Assembly: GCA_963786955.1 (NCBI GenBank)
Contig: CAWBAT010000005.1
Location: 96,001-160,000, forward strand
DNA length: 64,000 nt
Reading direction: 5' to 3'
Origin: an uncultured Acidimicrobiia bacterium
GTDB lineage: Bacteria; Acidobacteriota; Terriglobia; Versatilivoradales; Versatilivoraceae
Shown piece by piece: positions 1 through 8,959 of this stretch; position 1 is the first letter of the stretch; each line of letters opens with the position of its first letter. The notes below the pieces were generated by a model that was given only the letters and a program-made list of their open reading frames with translations, was not told where the DNA came from and searched no databases. Made by a program: the position numbers and the translations under genes.

Positions 1-625
1 CTTGTCCTTCAGTACCTTGGTGTTCTGGATGCGTACAGCCTTTATAATCAACCCAGCCGTCAAACTTCAATTCCTGTTCGATGCCTTCCTTGGAAGTGTA
101 ATAGCCCAAAACGGTCAGGATCTTGATGAGTCCAAAGAAATTCTGGCCTGTGACATCTTCCGCGGAATTGACTGCACTGATGCGAGTCAGTACATCTCTT
201 TGCTGCTCGGGAGGACAGTCAACAAAAGAATGTCCAAAAAGTTCCTGGCTTCGTTTGTCCAGCCAATTCAGGCCTTCGAGGAATTTGGCTTGCTCCGACT
301 TGGGCCTTGATGCCAGCAAGACGTCAATAAATTCATTCACTCGGGCGGCCTTAGCCCCCGGAGTGTTGCTCTGGGGAAGAATCTGTTCACTGAGTACGAT
401 GACCGTGGCATTTTGGTGGGGGTCGAAACATAACAGCCCCTGAGAAGCCGCTTCGGCACTCCCCGTGACAGGTAAATGCTTGTGGATCTGCTGTCCTACG
501 GCGAAGGCCGCCTCCGGGGAAAGCCCATCGAGTAAAGAAAAGGAGGAAACAGCCGCAGCAAAACGCGCAAAGGATTTCAACGCTTGCCGTCGATTGAATG
601 GTGAACAGTGAACCAGATCCTGCAT
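1..625 (-). CDS. Gluconate 2-dehydrogenase subunit 3 family protein with Tat signal; 3' end runs off the window
   Basis: Not in the ORF track. Manual translation from ATG at 625 is open to the edge: MQDLVHCSPFNRRQALKSF...ILPQSNTPGAKAARVNEFID...FLEGLNWLD...FFGLIKILTVLGYYTSKEG...YKGCTHPEH. Twin-arginine NRRQALK and the PGA...V..FID and GYYTS motifs fit the family. Confidence 0.8.
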   Translation of the reverse strand, partial: MQDLVHCSPFNRRQALKSFARFAAAVSSFSLLDGLSPEAAFAVGQQIHKHLPVTGSAEAASQGLLCFDPHQNATVIVLSEQILPQSNTPGAKAARVNEFIDVLLASRPKSEQAKFLEGLNWLDKRSQELFGHSFVDCPPEQQRDVLTRISAVNSAEDVTGQNFFGLIKILTVLGYYTSKEGIEQELKFDGWVDYKGCTHPEHQGTEGQ

Positions 626-728
626 CAATATGCCGCTTTCGGAGTTCCGATCAAAAACACAAAATGAAATGTCTTCATCTCACCTATCAACACGGAGGTG
701 TGAAAGAATTGGTTTCGGTGTCGCTCTG

Positions 729-765
729 CGAGAGTCCCCCTTGGTTAAGGGGGACTCTCGGGGGT
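729..765. repeat. C/G-run palindrome with a perfect 14-bp stem (CGAGAGTCCCCCTT-ggtt-AAGGGGGACTCTCG) and G-rich tail
   Basis: Stem read directly; resembles the CCCC(T)CCTT..AAGG(A)GGGG repeats at 845, 5169-5257, 5691 and 51271. Confidence 0.7.
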
Positions 766-768
766 AAG

Positions 769-838
769 GTAGGGCGGTCTCGCTGAGACCGCCGACTATA
801 GTTTCGGCATCGCGGCGCGCACGGCGTGCGCGCCCTAC
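769..838. repeat. GTAG-type REP doublet (REPIN-like), 70 bp
   Basis: GTAG-GGCGGTCTC-gct-GAGACCGCC, spacer, then GGCGCGCAC-ggc-GTGCGCGCC-CTAC: two inverted GTAG-headed hairpins. Arms are nearly identical to the copy at 10582-10651. Confidence 0.85.
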
Positions 839-844
839 CAGAAC

Positions 845-873
845 GACCGCCCCCTCCTTATCAAGGAGGAGAA
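845..873. repeat. C/G-run palindromic repeat copy (CGCCCCCTCCTT-atc-AAGGAGGAGAA)
   Basis: Matches the reverse complement of 51271-51296 (cgccccctcctaaccaaggaggggaa) at most positions. Confidence 0.65.
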
Positions 874-1136
874 CCAAAATTGAATTTCATCACACCTTCC
901 CACTGAAAATTGGGCCACAGATTAACAGATTTCAATCTAAAACCGAATAGATTAGAGGGCCTTCTCGTGCAAAAGACTGTCTGTCGCGGAAACATTTCCC
1001 AGATATTCCAAGATCTTCCGCGGCAGGAATGGGGTGATCCTGGAGGGGGGCATCGAGTATGTGTGGTTGACAACAAAAAGGATGATACTGGATACTGGAA
1101 ACTAGGGAGGGTTCCTAGCTGAAGAAGGCATCCGCA

Positions 1137-4088
1137 ATGACACTCGAAAGATGGGCACCCAGAGCATTATCCTTTTCGAATGCCGTTCTCATCTGCATTT
1201 GTTGGTGCGCCCTTCCTATTGTCGCGTTCCCCGCCCCTCAACCGGTAGTTCAGAACGTCATACAAACTCCGTCAGACTCAGAATCCAAAGGCCTTCCTGA
1301 AGTAAGGAAAGAAGAGACCCAGGAGAATGGCCGGCTGGACGAAGAGAAGCCTGCAGAGGAGGAACTTGAGAAAGCCCTTGAGGAATTTAGAATACAGGCT
1401 GAAAGAGTCAGCTCCTCGAATCTGGAACCCAGTAGCAAGGTAAGCTCGAGAACCAAAGACTATCACGGAAATCTATACGAGTATGTACGCAACGAGGCGT
1501 TTGATGCCCTTCCGCATCAAGTCCGGCAGGCAGGCGAATCCAAATCGGTCCTGCGCAGAAACCAATTCGGCTTCAATTTGTCCGGCCCGCTGTGGATTCC
1601 CAAGCTCCTCAAAAAGCGCGAAAGCACGTTTTTCTCGGTAACCTATGAAGGGACTCGAGAAAAAATTGCCCGATCACGCCTTTTTAATATTTCGACAACC
1701 CAAGAGCAACAGGGTGATTTTAGCGACCTGGTTGACAATGCCGGGGAACCGATCACAATTTATGATCCCGCTACAACCCGGCCAAATCCTCAATTCAACC
1801 CTCAGGAACCCGTCTCGACTACGAATTTGCAGTATCTCCGCGATCCTTTCCCAGGGAACACAATCCCAAAAAATAGGATGGACCCGGTAGCGTTAAACAC
1901 CTTGCCTTACTATCCTTCGCCGAATACAGATGTCGGACCCTTTTTGCGCAACAATTATTTCGTCAATGCAGCTGAGATCAATAAACCCAATGGGATCGTT
2001 CTGAAAATTGATCATAGCCAGGGTCAGAAGCACAAGATGACATTTAGTGCGGGCTCCTCGAGCGGCCTGAGAGAAGCCGCTCCCATCTTTAATAATATTG
2101 CCAATCCAGGAACTCCTCCTCGCTTGATCAGTTCGAGGGAGGCAAGCTTCGTCGAGACATTCAATATCTCTCCCACTCTGATTAATCAGTTCAGCATGAG
2201 TGCCAACTATAATTCCAGGGCCCTAGCAGAAAACACCTCCCAAATCGATTACGCCTCAGAATTGGGATTGACCGGTGTGCAAGCGGGGGCTTTTCCTCGG
2301 TTTGATCTTTCCGATTATGTTTCGATTGGAAGCCAACCCGGCTCACTCGTCCATGACCAAACCGCTGATTACAGCTTCTCGGAGAATTTGAGCATTCGCT
2401 ACAAGAAACATAACTTGAAGTTAAACTTCACATCATTCTGGGGCCAGGTGAATTCGTATTTGCCTGAAAATCCGTCGGGCCAGTTCCAGTTTGATGGCAA
2501 GCTGACCGGATTGCCGGGAATTAATAATACCGGAAATTCCTTTGCCCAGTTTCTTCTAGGTTGGGTAAGCCAAGCAGGACAATCCATTGTGCCTCAGCCA
2601 TCCTATTTTCGATCGAATGAATACCAGCTCATACTCAGCGATGAATATCAGATTACTCCCAACTTCAGTTTAACCGCCACTATTGGACTGCAAATCGATA
2701 CCCCGCGTCGCGAGAAATACGACCAACAGTCCACCATCGACCTTTCCGTTCTCAATCCTGCCAATGATAAACCGGGGGCTCTAGTGTTTGCTGGAATCAA
2801 CGGGGTATCCAACACGTTCTCACACACGCAATACAATTGGGAACCCGCCTTGGGTTTCACATGGAATCCTTGGGGGAGCCGCCGGACAGTGATCCGCGCA
2901 GGTTATTCGTTAAATTATTCTTACTTCCCCCTCTACCCCACGGTATTTGGAACTCTTGGCTTTAACGCTTCGCCTGTCCTGGTTTCACCCAACGATCAAC
3001 TCGCCCCAGCAACAACTCTCCAGGAAGGGTATCCGCAAAACTTCGTTTATCCACCCGACCTGCTCCCTACAGCCGCCAATGGACTGCAAGCTGACTATGT
3101 GGACCCATCAGGAACTCTGCCTTATGAGCAACACTGGAGCTTAGAAGTCGAACGAGACCTGCCGGCGGATTTTGTGGTTAGAGCTGCCTATGACGGACAA
3201 CGAGGGGTCCACCAGTACACGGGGGGTGGTGTTGAGTTGAGCCCTATTGATCCTGTCAACCTCTCCTATCAAGATAGGCTGTATAACCTCCAATTCAACC
3301 TTTCCCTCCGACCATACCCACAATTTCTTTCCCTGACACCAGGTTGGCCTTACCCCATTGGCTCTAGCACGACCCATCGAGGGTTATTCAGGTTTGAGAA
3401 GAGATTTTCTCACGGCTTGAATTTTAGCGGGTCATATACCCTGAGCAAGACGCTGCAAGATGTCTTATGGGGCGCTCACCCCCAGAACTCGCTTGATCTC
3501 AAACCGGAGAAAGCAATTGCTCCGTACGATATTACTCATCAGCTCGCTTTCAACTTCCTTTATGAACTCCCTTTTGGAGAAGGTAGAACCTACGTCACTC
3601 AAGGAGGCTGGATCGGGGAGATCGTCGGCGGATGGAGTCTCAGTGGAGTCACCACCCTCCGTTCAGGAACACCCATCGATCTGGTACCCCTGTTTAATAA
3701 CACCGGCAATGTCACCCAAAGTCTCAGGGTGAACGTCGTTCCGGGGATCTCGGCACATGTTCAGAATCCGACTCCCTCCCAATGGTTCAATGCCGCTGCA
3801 TTTATCCAACCTTCCGACTTCACTCTAGGAGATGGACCCAGAACTCATCCGAGTCTGCGCAACCCTGGTTTTCAAAATCTTGATTTGTCCTTGAACAAAC
3901 GGATCTCAGTCACTGACGACTGGACGATGGAACTCGTTGTCGAAGCCTTCAATGCCTTTAATCATGGAAACTGGAACTACCCGGATCCAGTGATTGGCTC
4001 ACTTGAGAATCCTAATTTGAACGCGGGCCATATCATTGGCTCCACCGGGGGACGGGTTGTGCAAATTGGACTGAGGTTTAGTTTTTAG
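1137..4088 (+). CDS. Oar-type TonB-dependent-receptor-like outer-membrane beta-barrel, apparently lacking plug and N-terminal domains
   Basis: 983 aa with a signal-like N-terminus, HGNLYEYVRN..FDA, RRNQFGFNLSGP, IYDP, VIRAGY, EAFNAFNH and C-terminal beta-signal RVVQIGLRFSF. Confidence 0.85.
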   Translation: MTLERWAPRALSFSNAVLICICWCALPIVAFPAPQPVVQNVIQTPSDSESKGLPEVRKEETQENGRLDEEKPAEEELEKALEEFRIQAERVSSSNLEPSSKVSSRTKDYHGNLYEYVRNEAFDALPHQVRQAGESKSVLRRNQFGFNLSGPLWIPKLLKKRESTFFSVTYEGTREKIARSRLFNISTTQEQQGDFSDLVDNAGEPITIYDPATTRPNPQFNPQEPVSTTNLQYLRDPFPGNTIPKNRMDPVALNTLPYYPSPNTDVGPFLRNNYFVNAAEINKPNGIVLKIDHSQGQKHKMTFSAGSSSGLREAAPIFNNIANPGTPPRLISSREASFVETFNISPTLINQFSMSANYNSRALAENTSQIDYASELGLTGVQAGAFPRFDLSDYVSIGSQPGSLVHDQTADYSFSENLSIRYKKHNLKLNFTSFWGQVNSYLPENPSGQFQFDGKLTGLPGINNTGNSFAQFLLGWVSQAGQSIVPQPSYFRSNEYQLILSDEYQITPNFSLTATIGLQIDTPRREKYDQQSTIDLSVLNPANDKPGALVFAGINGVSNTFSHTQYNWEPALGFTWNPWGSRRTVIRAGYSLNYSYFPLYPTVFGTLGFNASPVLVSPNDQLAPATTLQEGYPQNFVYPPDLLPTAANGLQADYVDPSGTLPYEQHWSLEVERDLPADFVVRAAYDGQRGVHQYTGGGVELSPIDPVNLSYQDRLYNLQFNLSLRPYPQFLSLTPGWPYPIGSSTTHRGLFRFEKRFSHGLNFSGSYTLSKTLQDVLWGAHPQNSLDLKPEKAIAPYDITHQLAFNFLYELPFGEGRTYVTQGGWIGEIVGGWSLSGVTTLRSGTPIDLVPLFNNTGNVTQSLRVNVVPGISAHVQNPTPSQWFNAAAFIQPSDFTLGDGPRTHPSLRNPGFQNLDLSLNKRISVTDDWTMELVVEAFNAFNHGNWNYPDPVIGSLENPNLNAGHIIGSTGGRVVQIGLRFSF

Positions 4089-4100
4089 AACGGAGTTTTT

Positions 4101-5108
4101 TTGGGAATGACCTTCCGACTAAGAAAATGGGGCCTGCCTGCGCGGTATCTTCTCACCGGGCTCTTCGCCCTCATCATGAGTCACGCGATGAATCTTGCTG
4201 CCAAGAAAGTGACCAATGCTTCGGCCTCTTTCCGGCTACCCATATGGATTCATACAAACGGGAACCCTCTTCCTCGAGATCTTTCCGCTAATGAATTCAA
4301 GATCAACCACGGGAAATTGATCATCGAGCCGATTAGCCTCCGAGGCCCCAGGAGCCCTACGATGCTTTTTGTCGCTTTGGACGCCGTAGGCGATGTCGCC
4401 AATATTACGGAAGCTCGCAACGCTGTGATCCATGAAATCCATGAGCTCGGAAGCCAGTATTGGGTGGGACTGATTTCTGCCAACGAGCAGATCACCGTTA
4501 TCCAGGAGCCGACTTCATCTCGGGACCTTTTTTCCGAGAAGCTGGAGCAGTTGAGCCAGATCGGTAAAGCCGGCCTGCTCGACACTCTTCTTCCAGTGGC
4601 GGATTTGGCCGCCAGTGTCTTGCTCAAAAGTGACGTTCGAGTGGCCGTGATTTTTATTACCGATAGCGATATTGGGAATTACAAGACCGACTATTTGAAT
4701 GCCCCTGTCAATGCCAGCGATAGCCGGGATCTCAGCAGACGTTTCGCCGGCAGAGCGTTGCAAGAGAAGATCACCCGGATGAGCAAAGCCATCTCAAAGT
4801 TTCAGGTGCCCATTCTTGTAGTTCACATTGCTCCCGGGGAGGATCCCTTAAATAGGGCTTATCAAAATGGGCTAAAACAGTTGGCAGAAATTGGAGGCGG
4901 GAAATGCCTGTTGTCTAAATCCATCGGGGACATCGCATCAACAATCCACGAGGCCTTTGAATGGGCTCAGAGTTTCTACCTCCTCGGTTTCCGACTGTCG
5001 GCAACCAAAGGGCGTTACGCCGATATCGAAATCACGCTAGCCCCGAAAGACGCTCATACAACGGGCACTTATCGCTTGGTCCATCCCAATAGAATCTACA
5101 TGCCTTAA
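4101..5108 (+). CDS. Exported VWA-like domain protein (Acidobacterial VWFA-related)
   Basis: 335 aa starting 12 bp after the barrel gene; signal-like N-terminus, LFVALD, AVIFITDSD, LKQLAEIGGG, SFYLLGF motifs. Confidence 0.65.
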   Translation: MGMTFRLRKWGLPARYLLTGLFALIMSHAMNLAAKKVTNASASFRLPIWIHTNGNPLPRDLSANEFKINHGKLIIEPISLRGPRSPTMLFVALDAVGDVANITEARNAVIHEIHELGSQYWVGLISANEQITVIQEPTSSRDLFSEKLEQLSQIGKAGLLDTLLPVADLAASVLLKSDVRVAVIFITDSDIGNYKTDYLNAPVNASDSRDLSRRFAGRALQEKITRMSKAISKFQVPILVVHIAPGEDPLNRAYQNGLKQLAEIGGGKCLLSKSIGDIASTIHEAFEWAQSFYLLGFRLSATKGRYADIEITLAPKDAHTTGTYRLVHPNRIYMP

Positions 5109-5168
5109 AATAGCCTCCGGCGGCGGAGCGAAGAAAAGACGGTTGTTTTGGAGGAGAAAGCCTAGATT

Positions 5169-5257
5169 GGACATCCCCTGACATCCCCTTCCAATGGGAA
5201 ATCGAATTGGTTGCGAACGAAAAAATTCCCCCCTTGAGGGGGGTTAGGGGGATGTCC
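5169..5257. repeat. Inverted pair of C/G-run palindromic repeats upstream of DUF559
   Basis: 5169-5202 ggacatcccctgacatccccttccaatgggaaat (degenerate) and 5225-5257, whose reverse complement is ggacatccccctaacccccctcaaggggggaat. Confidence 0.75.
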
Positions 5258-5306
5258 CCAAGGAGAATCGCAGCTCATTTGACAAACGAATCGGTTTAGG
5301 AGCTTC

Positions 5307-5726
5307 ATGCAATATTACGATCCTAAATTGAAGTCTCTCTCACGTGAATTGCGAAATAAGAGTACTCTCGCCGAGGTTCTACTTTGGAACCAGCTCAAGA
5401 GTAGTAAGATGCCGGGATACTCTTTCCAAAGACAAAAGCCCATCTACAAATATATCGTCGATTTCTACTGTCCAAGGTTGGAGCTCGTAATTGAGATTGA
5501 CGGAGAAATCCACGGTGAGCAATTCCTAAAGGACCGTGCGAGAGAGGAGGACTTGGTCCAGTTAGGGATGAGTGTCTTGAGGTTTCCGGATCGCGATGTG
5601 AAAAAAGACATGAGGAATGTTTTGAATTGCATTCAAAATTGGATCGAGCGGCACGAGAAGAAAATTGTTTTGGGCAAGAAAATCAAGAAAGGACATCCCC
5701 CTACACCCCCTTCAAAGGGGGAATAG
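5307..5726 (+). CDS. DUF559 family (Vsr-like PD-(D/E)xK) endonuclease
   Basis: 139 aa; SRELRNKSTLAEVLLW, FQRQKPIYKYIVDFYC, LVIEIDGEIH, D..R...L...G..VLRF; AGGAG RBS upstream. Confidence 0.9.
   Translation: MQYYDPKLKSLSRELRNKSTLAEVLLWNQLKSSKMPGYSFQRQKPIYKYIVDFYCPRLELVIEIDGEIHGEQFLKDRAREEDLVQLGMSVLRFPDRDVKKDMRNVLNCIQNWIERHEKKIVLGKKIKKGHPPTPPSKGE
5691..5724. repeat. C/G-run repeat copy forming the 3' end of the DUF559 ORF
   Basis: ggacatccccctacacccccttcaaagggggaat is a near-perfect inverted copy of 5225-5257 and encodes the C-terminal GHPPTPPSKGE. Confidence 0.8.
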
Positions 5727-5870
5727 ATTGGTTCACGATCACCCTAGTGGTGGGATCGACTCCCTGGCAATTGGAACTCCCCCCAAGGATATTCCCTCGC
5801 ACCCCCTTGGGAGAGCGTCGCCCAAGGCTGGGAATATGTCACACTTCGTGGTGAGTCTGTAATCGGTTGA

Positions 5871-6839
5871 TTATGGCTTTTTCCCCGGGCTGGGATCGGC
5901 TTTGTCTTTTGCAGCTTCCGGGGCTTTACCATCAACCGACTTGGTCTGTTTTATGACGACTTGTCCATCCCTCAAGACTTGTTGGATTCGCTGGATTGAC
6001 CGTGCAATATCCGTCTGATGGGGAGAGTTCACTTCAAATTGACTTGAAATCAGTGTTGAGAGCCTTTGAATTTCCTGCTCCAAAGTCCAATCATTCCTTT
6101 CGCGCATTAAAAGCCCTTGCCGGAGCAAGTCGGATCTTCGCTCTTGGTCTTTGTAAAGGGCCCGGGACTTCGTATTTTCTTCTTTTAACCGTTTGAGCTC
6201 GGTATCGCTGGTTTTCAAACTACTGTCCAATTTTTGCTGTAGAGCCATCTTTTCGGACTGAATCAGTGACACCTTCGAATCGAGTTCCTGCAGTTTTGCA
6301 ACGGTCTGTTCGTCATCGTGGCGCAGTTTCTCGTAATCATTTTGCAATAATTCCAGTTTCTGCCGGGCTTCTCCCAAAGTTTTCGTGAGGCCTGAAATCT
6401 CTCTCTGACGCAGGCTTAGAGAAGCTTTCAGCTCCGCAGCCACATCATTCTTGCTGGCTAGGCCAAGTCCTTGTCTGCTGACAATCCCCTGGCAATCCTC
6501 TTTTTCTTTCGCCAGTATGTCCGATTGGACTTTGAGTCTTTCGAGTTCTTTTCGATTTTGCTCAAGAACCTGAACATATTCACTGAGGTCCACATTCTTC
6601 GGTACCCCCGCGGACCGCAGGAGATGATGGAGCGCTTCCGTTTTATGAAAAGAGTAGGCAAGCCCAAAAAAGGCGCCAGCAATAAGCACCATGCACCAGG
6701 CCCCTGCTTTAGATCTCACTCCTAGACCCAAAAGCCAAAATTCACGAGGCTGTTTTCGAGAGCGGATCATTTCTCCGAAACCCAAACACAAAAATAAAAT
6801 TCCCAAAATGATCATGAAAAAGAGGAGAGTTTTTTCCAT
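5871..6839 (-). CDS. Hypothetical membrane-anchored long coiled-coil protein
   Basis: 322 aa; two N-terminal hydrophobic segments followed by about 220 aa of L/E/K/Q-rich heptad sequence. Confidence 0.7.
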   Translation of the reverse strand: MEKTLLFFMIILGILFLCLGFGEMIRSRKQPREFWLLGLGVRSKAGAWCMVLIAGAFFGLAYSFHKTEALHHLLRSAGVPKNVDLSEYVQVLEQNRKELERLKVQSDILAKEKEDCQGIVSRQGLGLASKNDVAAELKASLSLRQREISGLTKTLGEARQKLELLQNDYEKLRHDDEQTVAKLQELDSKVSLIQSEKMALQQKLDSSLKTSDTELKRLKEENTKSRALYKDQERRSDLLRQGLLMRERNDWTLEQEIQRLSTLISSQFEVNSPHQTDIARSIQRIQQVLRDGQVVIKQTKSVDGKAPEAAKDKADPSPGKKP

Positions 6840-7093
6840 AAGCTATTCCTTATCGGAATTCGGGATCCGTCACGCCGTTCAGATGATAGACAATGGCATC
6901 ATACAACAAACCATCCGACTCGAGTGACTATCTCAATAGTACAATTTTCCCTGTCAAGGCTCAAAAAAACCTCTAGGTTGAATGCGCAGTTCGTGGTTTT
7001 TGAGGCTGATTTTCGCCTTTGTTCATTCTCACCTCCTCTCTCGATCCCACTTGTTCCCAGTGTTGATTTTCAAAACTAAGCCCTCCCCAAATA

Positions 7094-7155
7094 TTCCTTG
7101 CCCCTTGTTCCTTGACCCTTTTCCCTTAACCCTCTTCATGGTTGCCCCTTGTTCC
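7094..7155. repeat. Degenerate heptamer tandem repeat (NNCCTTG-like)
   Basis: ttccttg ccccttg ttccttg acccttt tccctta accctct, with a further ccccttg ttcc nearby. Confidence 0.5.
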
Positions 7156-7266
7156 GATTGACTATTACCCGATTGATGGTATATTTTTAAAAGTCTTTAC
7201 TCGTTGATTCTCGCGCACCCCTTGAAAGTCACAATTTGAGATACAAGCGCTCCTTGAGGAGGGAGA

Positions 7267-7626
7267 ATGCTGCCACTGGATACGATTTCGCAGTTGGACA
7301 AGTTGGAGCCGAAGTCTGAAGGGATCAATACCCCTCGCAAGAAGAAACCGAAGGAAATTGCAATCATAACGGAGTGCTGCACCGGTTGTGCCGGTTCGCC
7401 TGCCTGTGTCCCTTATTGCCCAGTGGAAGACTGCATGTTTTGGGTACCTGACGAAGATCATCCTCCCTTTGGACACATCGAAGTTGACCCTTTCCTCTGT
7501 ATCGGTTGCAAGAAGTGTACTACAAAAGGACCTGATGGTTCGTTCTTGGATGGGTGTCCCTGGGACGCCATTGACATGGTCCCTACCGAGGAGATTGAAG
7601 CCGTAGTGGGGAAGATGACCATTTGA
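7267..7626 (+). CDS. 2x[4Fe-4S] dicluster ferredoxin
   Basis: 119 aa; CTGCAGSPACVPYCP and CIGCKKC...GCPWDAI; strong GAGGAGG RBS. Confidence 0.85.
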   Translation: MLPLDTISQLDKLEPKSEGINTPRKKKPKEIAIITECCTGCAGSPACVPYCPVEDCMFWVPDEDHPPFGHIEVDPFLCIGCKKCTTKGPDGSFLDGCPWDAIDMVPTEEIEAVVGKMTI

Positions 7627-7672
7627 TTGGTAGATCGAAGCCAAGAAGCTTCTGTCCCGGTAGAGTCACTTC

Positions 7673-8533
7673 TCAGGGAGAAGTTCTTTTCTGGATGGCC
7701 TGAACGGTCAACCGTGCTTGTTGTCGGGTACGTTCTGCCATGTGAGGTGTCTTGCCCGTAAACGGTTCTATTTCAGCAATATCCTCCGGCTGGCCGACCA
7801 AATAAAGCGCACGCAGTGCTTCCCAAACTTCTTCTTCAGCAGGCGAGAGAAGCAGAATCTTTTCTCCCACCGCGATCTCCTTCCCGTCCGCTACCAATTT
7901 CTTCTCTAGAAAACCCGGAAGTGGTGACCGGAATTCATCGAGTTCGCCACCTCCCGTACGAATTCGGGCAATTAACGTGCCGGGGCTTACCGAATCATCT
8001 TCTTTGAGGCGGAAGGTGATGACCCCACTTTGGGGTGACGACACTGGCACGGGCCTGAGAACATTGACGAGCTCGGCTCTTCCGCTGCTATCCCCAAAAC
8101 GCACTAAAGACAAGGCCGCATTGCGACGTACTAGAGTATTGGGGTCCTTAAGAAGCACCTGTAGAGAATCATGAAAGGAAGCCTCTTGACTGTCCTGTCC
8201 CAGGCTCCAGGCAACGGTCACCCGCACTTCGGGCACAGGATGGTTCATCAATGCCAGCATGCGCGGATACCACTTCTTGACTTTTTCTTTCTGCCCTTGG
8301 GAAATCTTCTCTGAAATCTGCAGGAGCGCATGTTGAATGTTTCGTGGTTTGGCCTCTGGTGCTAAGTAATTGGCCATTTCCTGATCACTCAACGGTCTGC
8401 CAAACCAGGTTCCCTTCCAGAACAGAAAAGGGACGAGCACCATCAGGAACGCAACTCCATAAATGATCAGGGTGACACGTTTCCCCATTGTTTTCTCCGG
8501 AGGGTTCGATAGTGGGCTCGCTGTGCTTGTCAT
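7673..8533 (-). CDS. Membrane-anchored HEAT-repeat protein with an inserted biotinyl/lipoyl-like domain
   Basis: One N-terminal TM; HEAT motifs HPVPEVRVTVAWSLG and DPNTLVRRNAALSLVRFG; lipoyl-like SPQSGVI...V.PG.LIARI...RSPLPG...IAVGEKILLL. Confidence 0.75.
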   Translation of the reverse strand: MTSTASPLSNPPEKTMGKRVTLIIYGVAFLMVLVPFLFWKGTWFGRPLSDQEMANYLAPEAKPRNIQHALLQISEKISQGQKEKVKKWYPRMLALMNHPVPEVRVTVAWSLGQDSQEASFHDSLQVLLKDPNTLVRRNAALSLVRFGDSSGRAELVNVLRPVPVSSPQSGVITFRLKEDDSVSPGTLIARIRTGGGELDEFRSPLPGFLEKKLVADGKEIAVGEKILLLSPAEEEVWEALRALYLVGQPEDIAEIEPFTGKTPHMAERTRQQARLTVQAIQKRTSP

Positions 8534-8539
8534 AAGCGT

Positions 8540-8959
8540 CTAATGATAAAGCATCCAGTAAATGACGACTCCAGTCACAGACACGTAAAGCCAAACAGGT
8601 AAAGTCCAACGGGCTATTTGACGGTGTTTTTCGATGCGGCCCTTGAGAGCACGCGTGACGGTGATCAGGACCATAGGGAGAATGACAACCGCCAGGATCG
8701 TATGAGTCAACAGGATTGAGAAGTAAACCGGGCGGGTCCATCCCGTCCCTCGATAACGAACTGAACCCACCTGAAACCCGATATGGTAGGTCAAATAAGA
8801 AACCAGGAAGAGTGTAGAAGAAACAAGAGCGAGAAGCATACAGCGACGGTGGAGGGAGACATTCTTATTACGGATAAAATAATATCCGATACAAAGCAAT
8901 GTCGCACTGGTTCCATTCAGCACGGCATTGATTAGAGGGAAGTCAGTCACAGCGATCAC
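8540..8959 (-). CDS. DUF420 (CtaM/YozB-like) oxidase assembly membrane protein
   Basis: 139 aa; PLINAVLNG, HRRCM, FLVSYLTYH, YFSILLTHTILA, HRQIARWTLPVWLYVSVTGVVIY. Confidence 0.85.
   Translation of the reverse strand: MIAVTDFPLINAVLNGTSATLLCIGYYFIRNKNVSLHRRCMLLALVSSTLFLVSYLTYHIGFQVGSVRYRGTGWTRPVYFSILLTHTILAVVILPMVLITVTRALKGRIEKHRQIARWTLPVWLYVSVTGVVIYWMLYH

Noticed and set aside
2-443. Plus-strand ORFs 2..310 and 123..443
   Set aside because: Shadows of the recognisable minus-strand gene at 1-625.
729-873. CRISPR array (also considered for 5169-5815 and 48992-49320)
   Set aside because: Repeats are inverted, degenerate and irregularly spaced, and there are no cas genes.
5871-6839. Coiled-coil protein as an SMC-like defence partner of DUF559
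   Set aside because: No Walker motifs, convergent orientation, and membrane anchors; nothing links the two genes.
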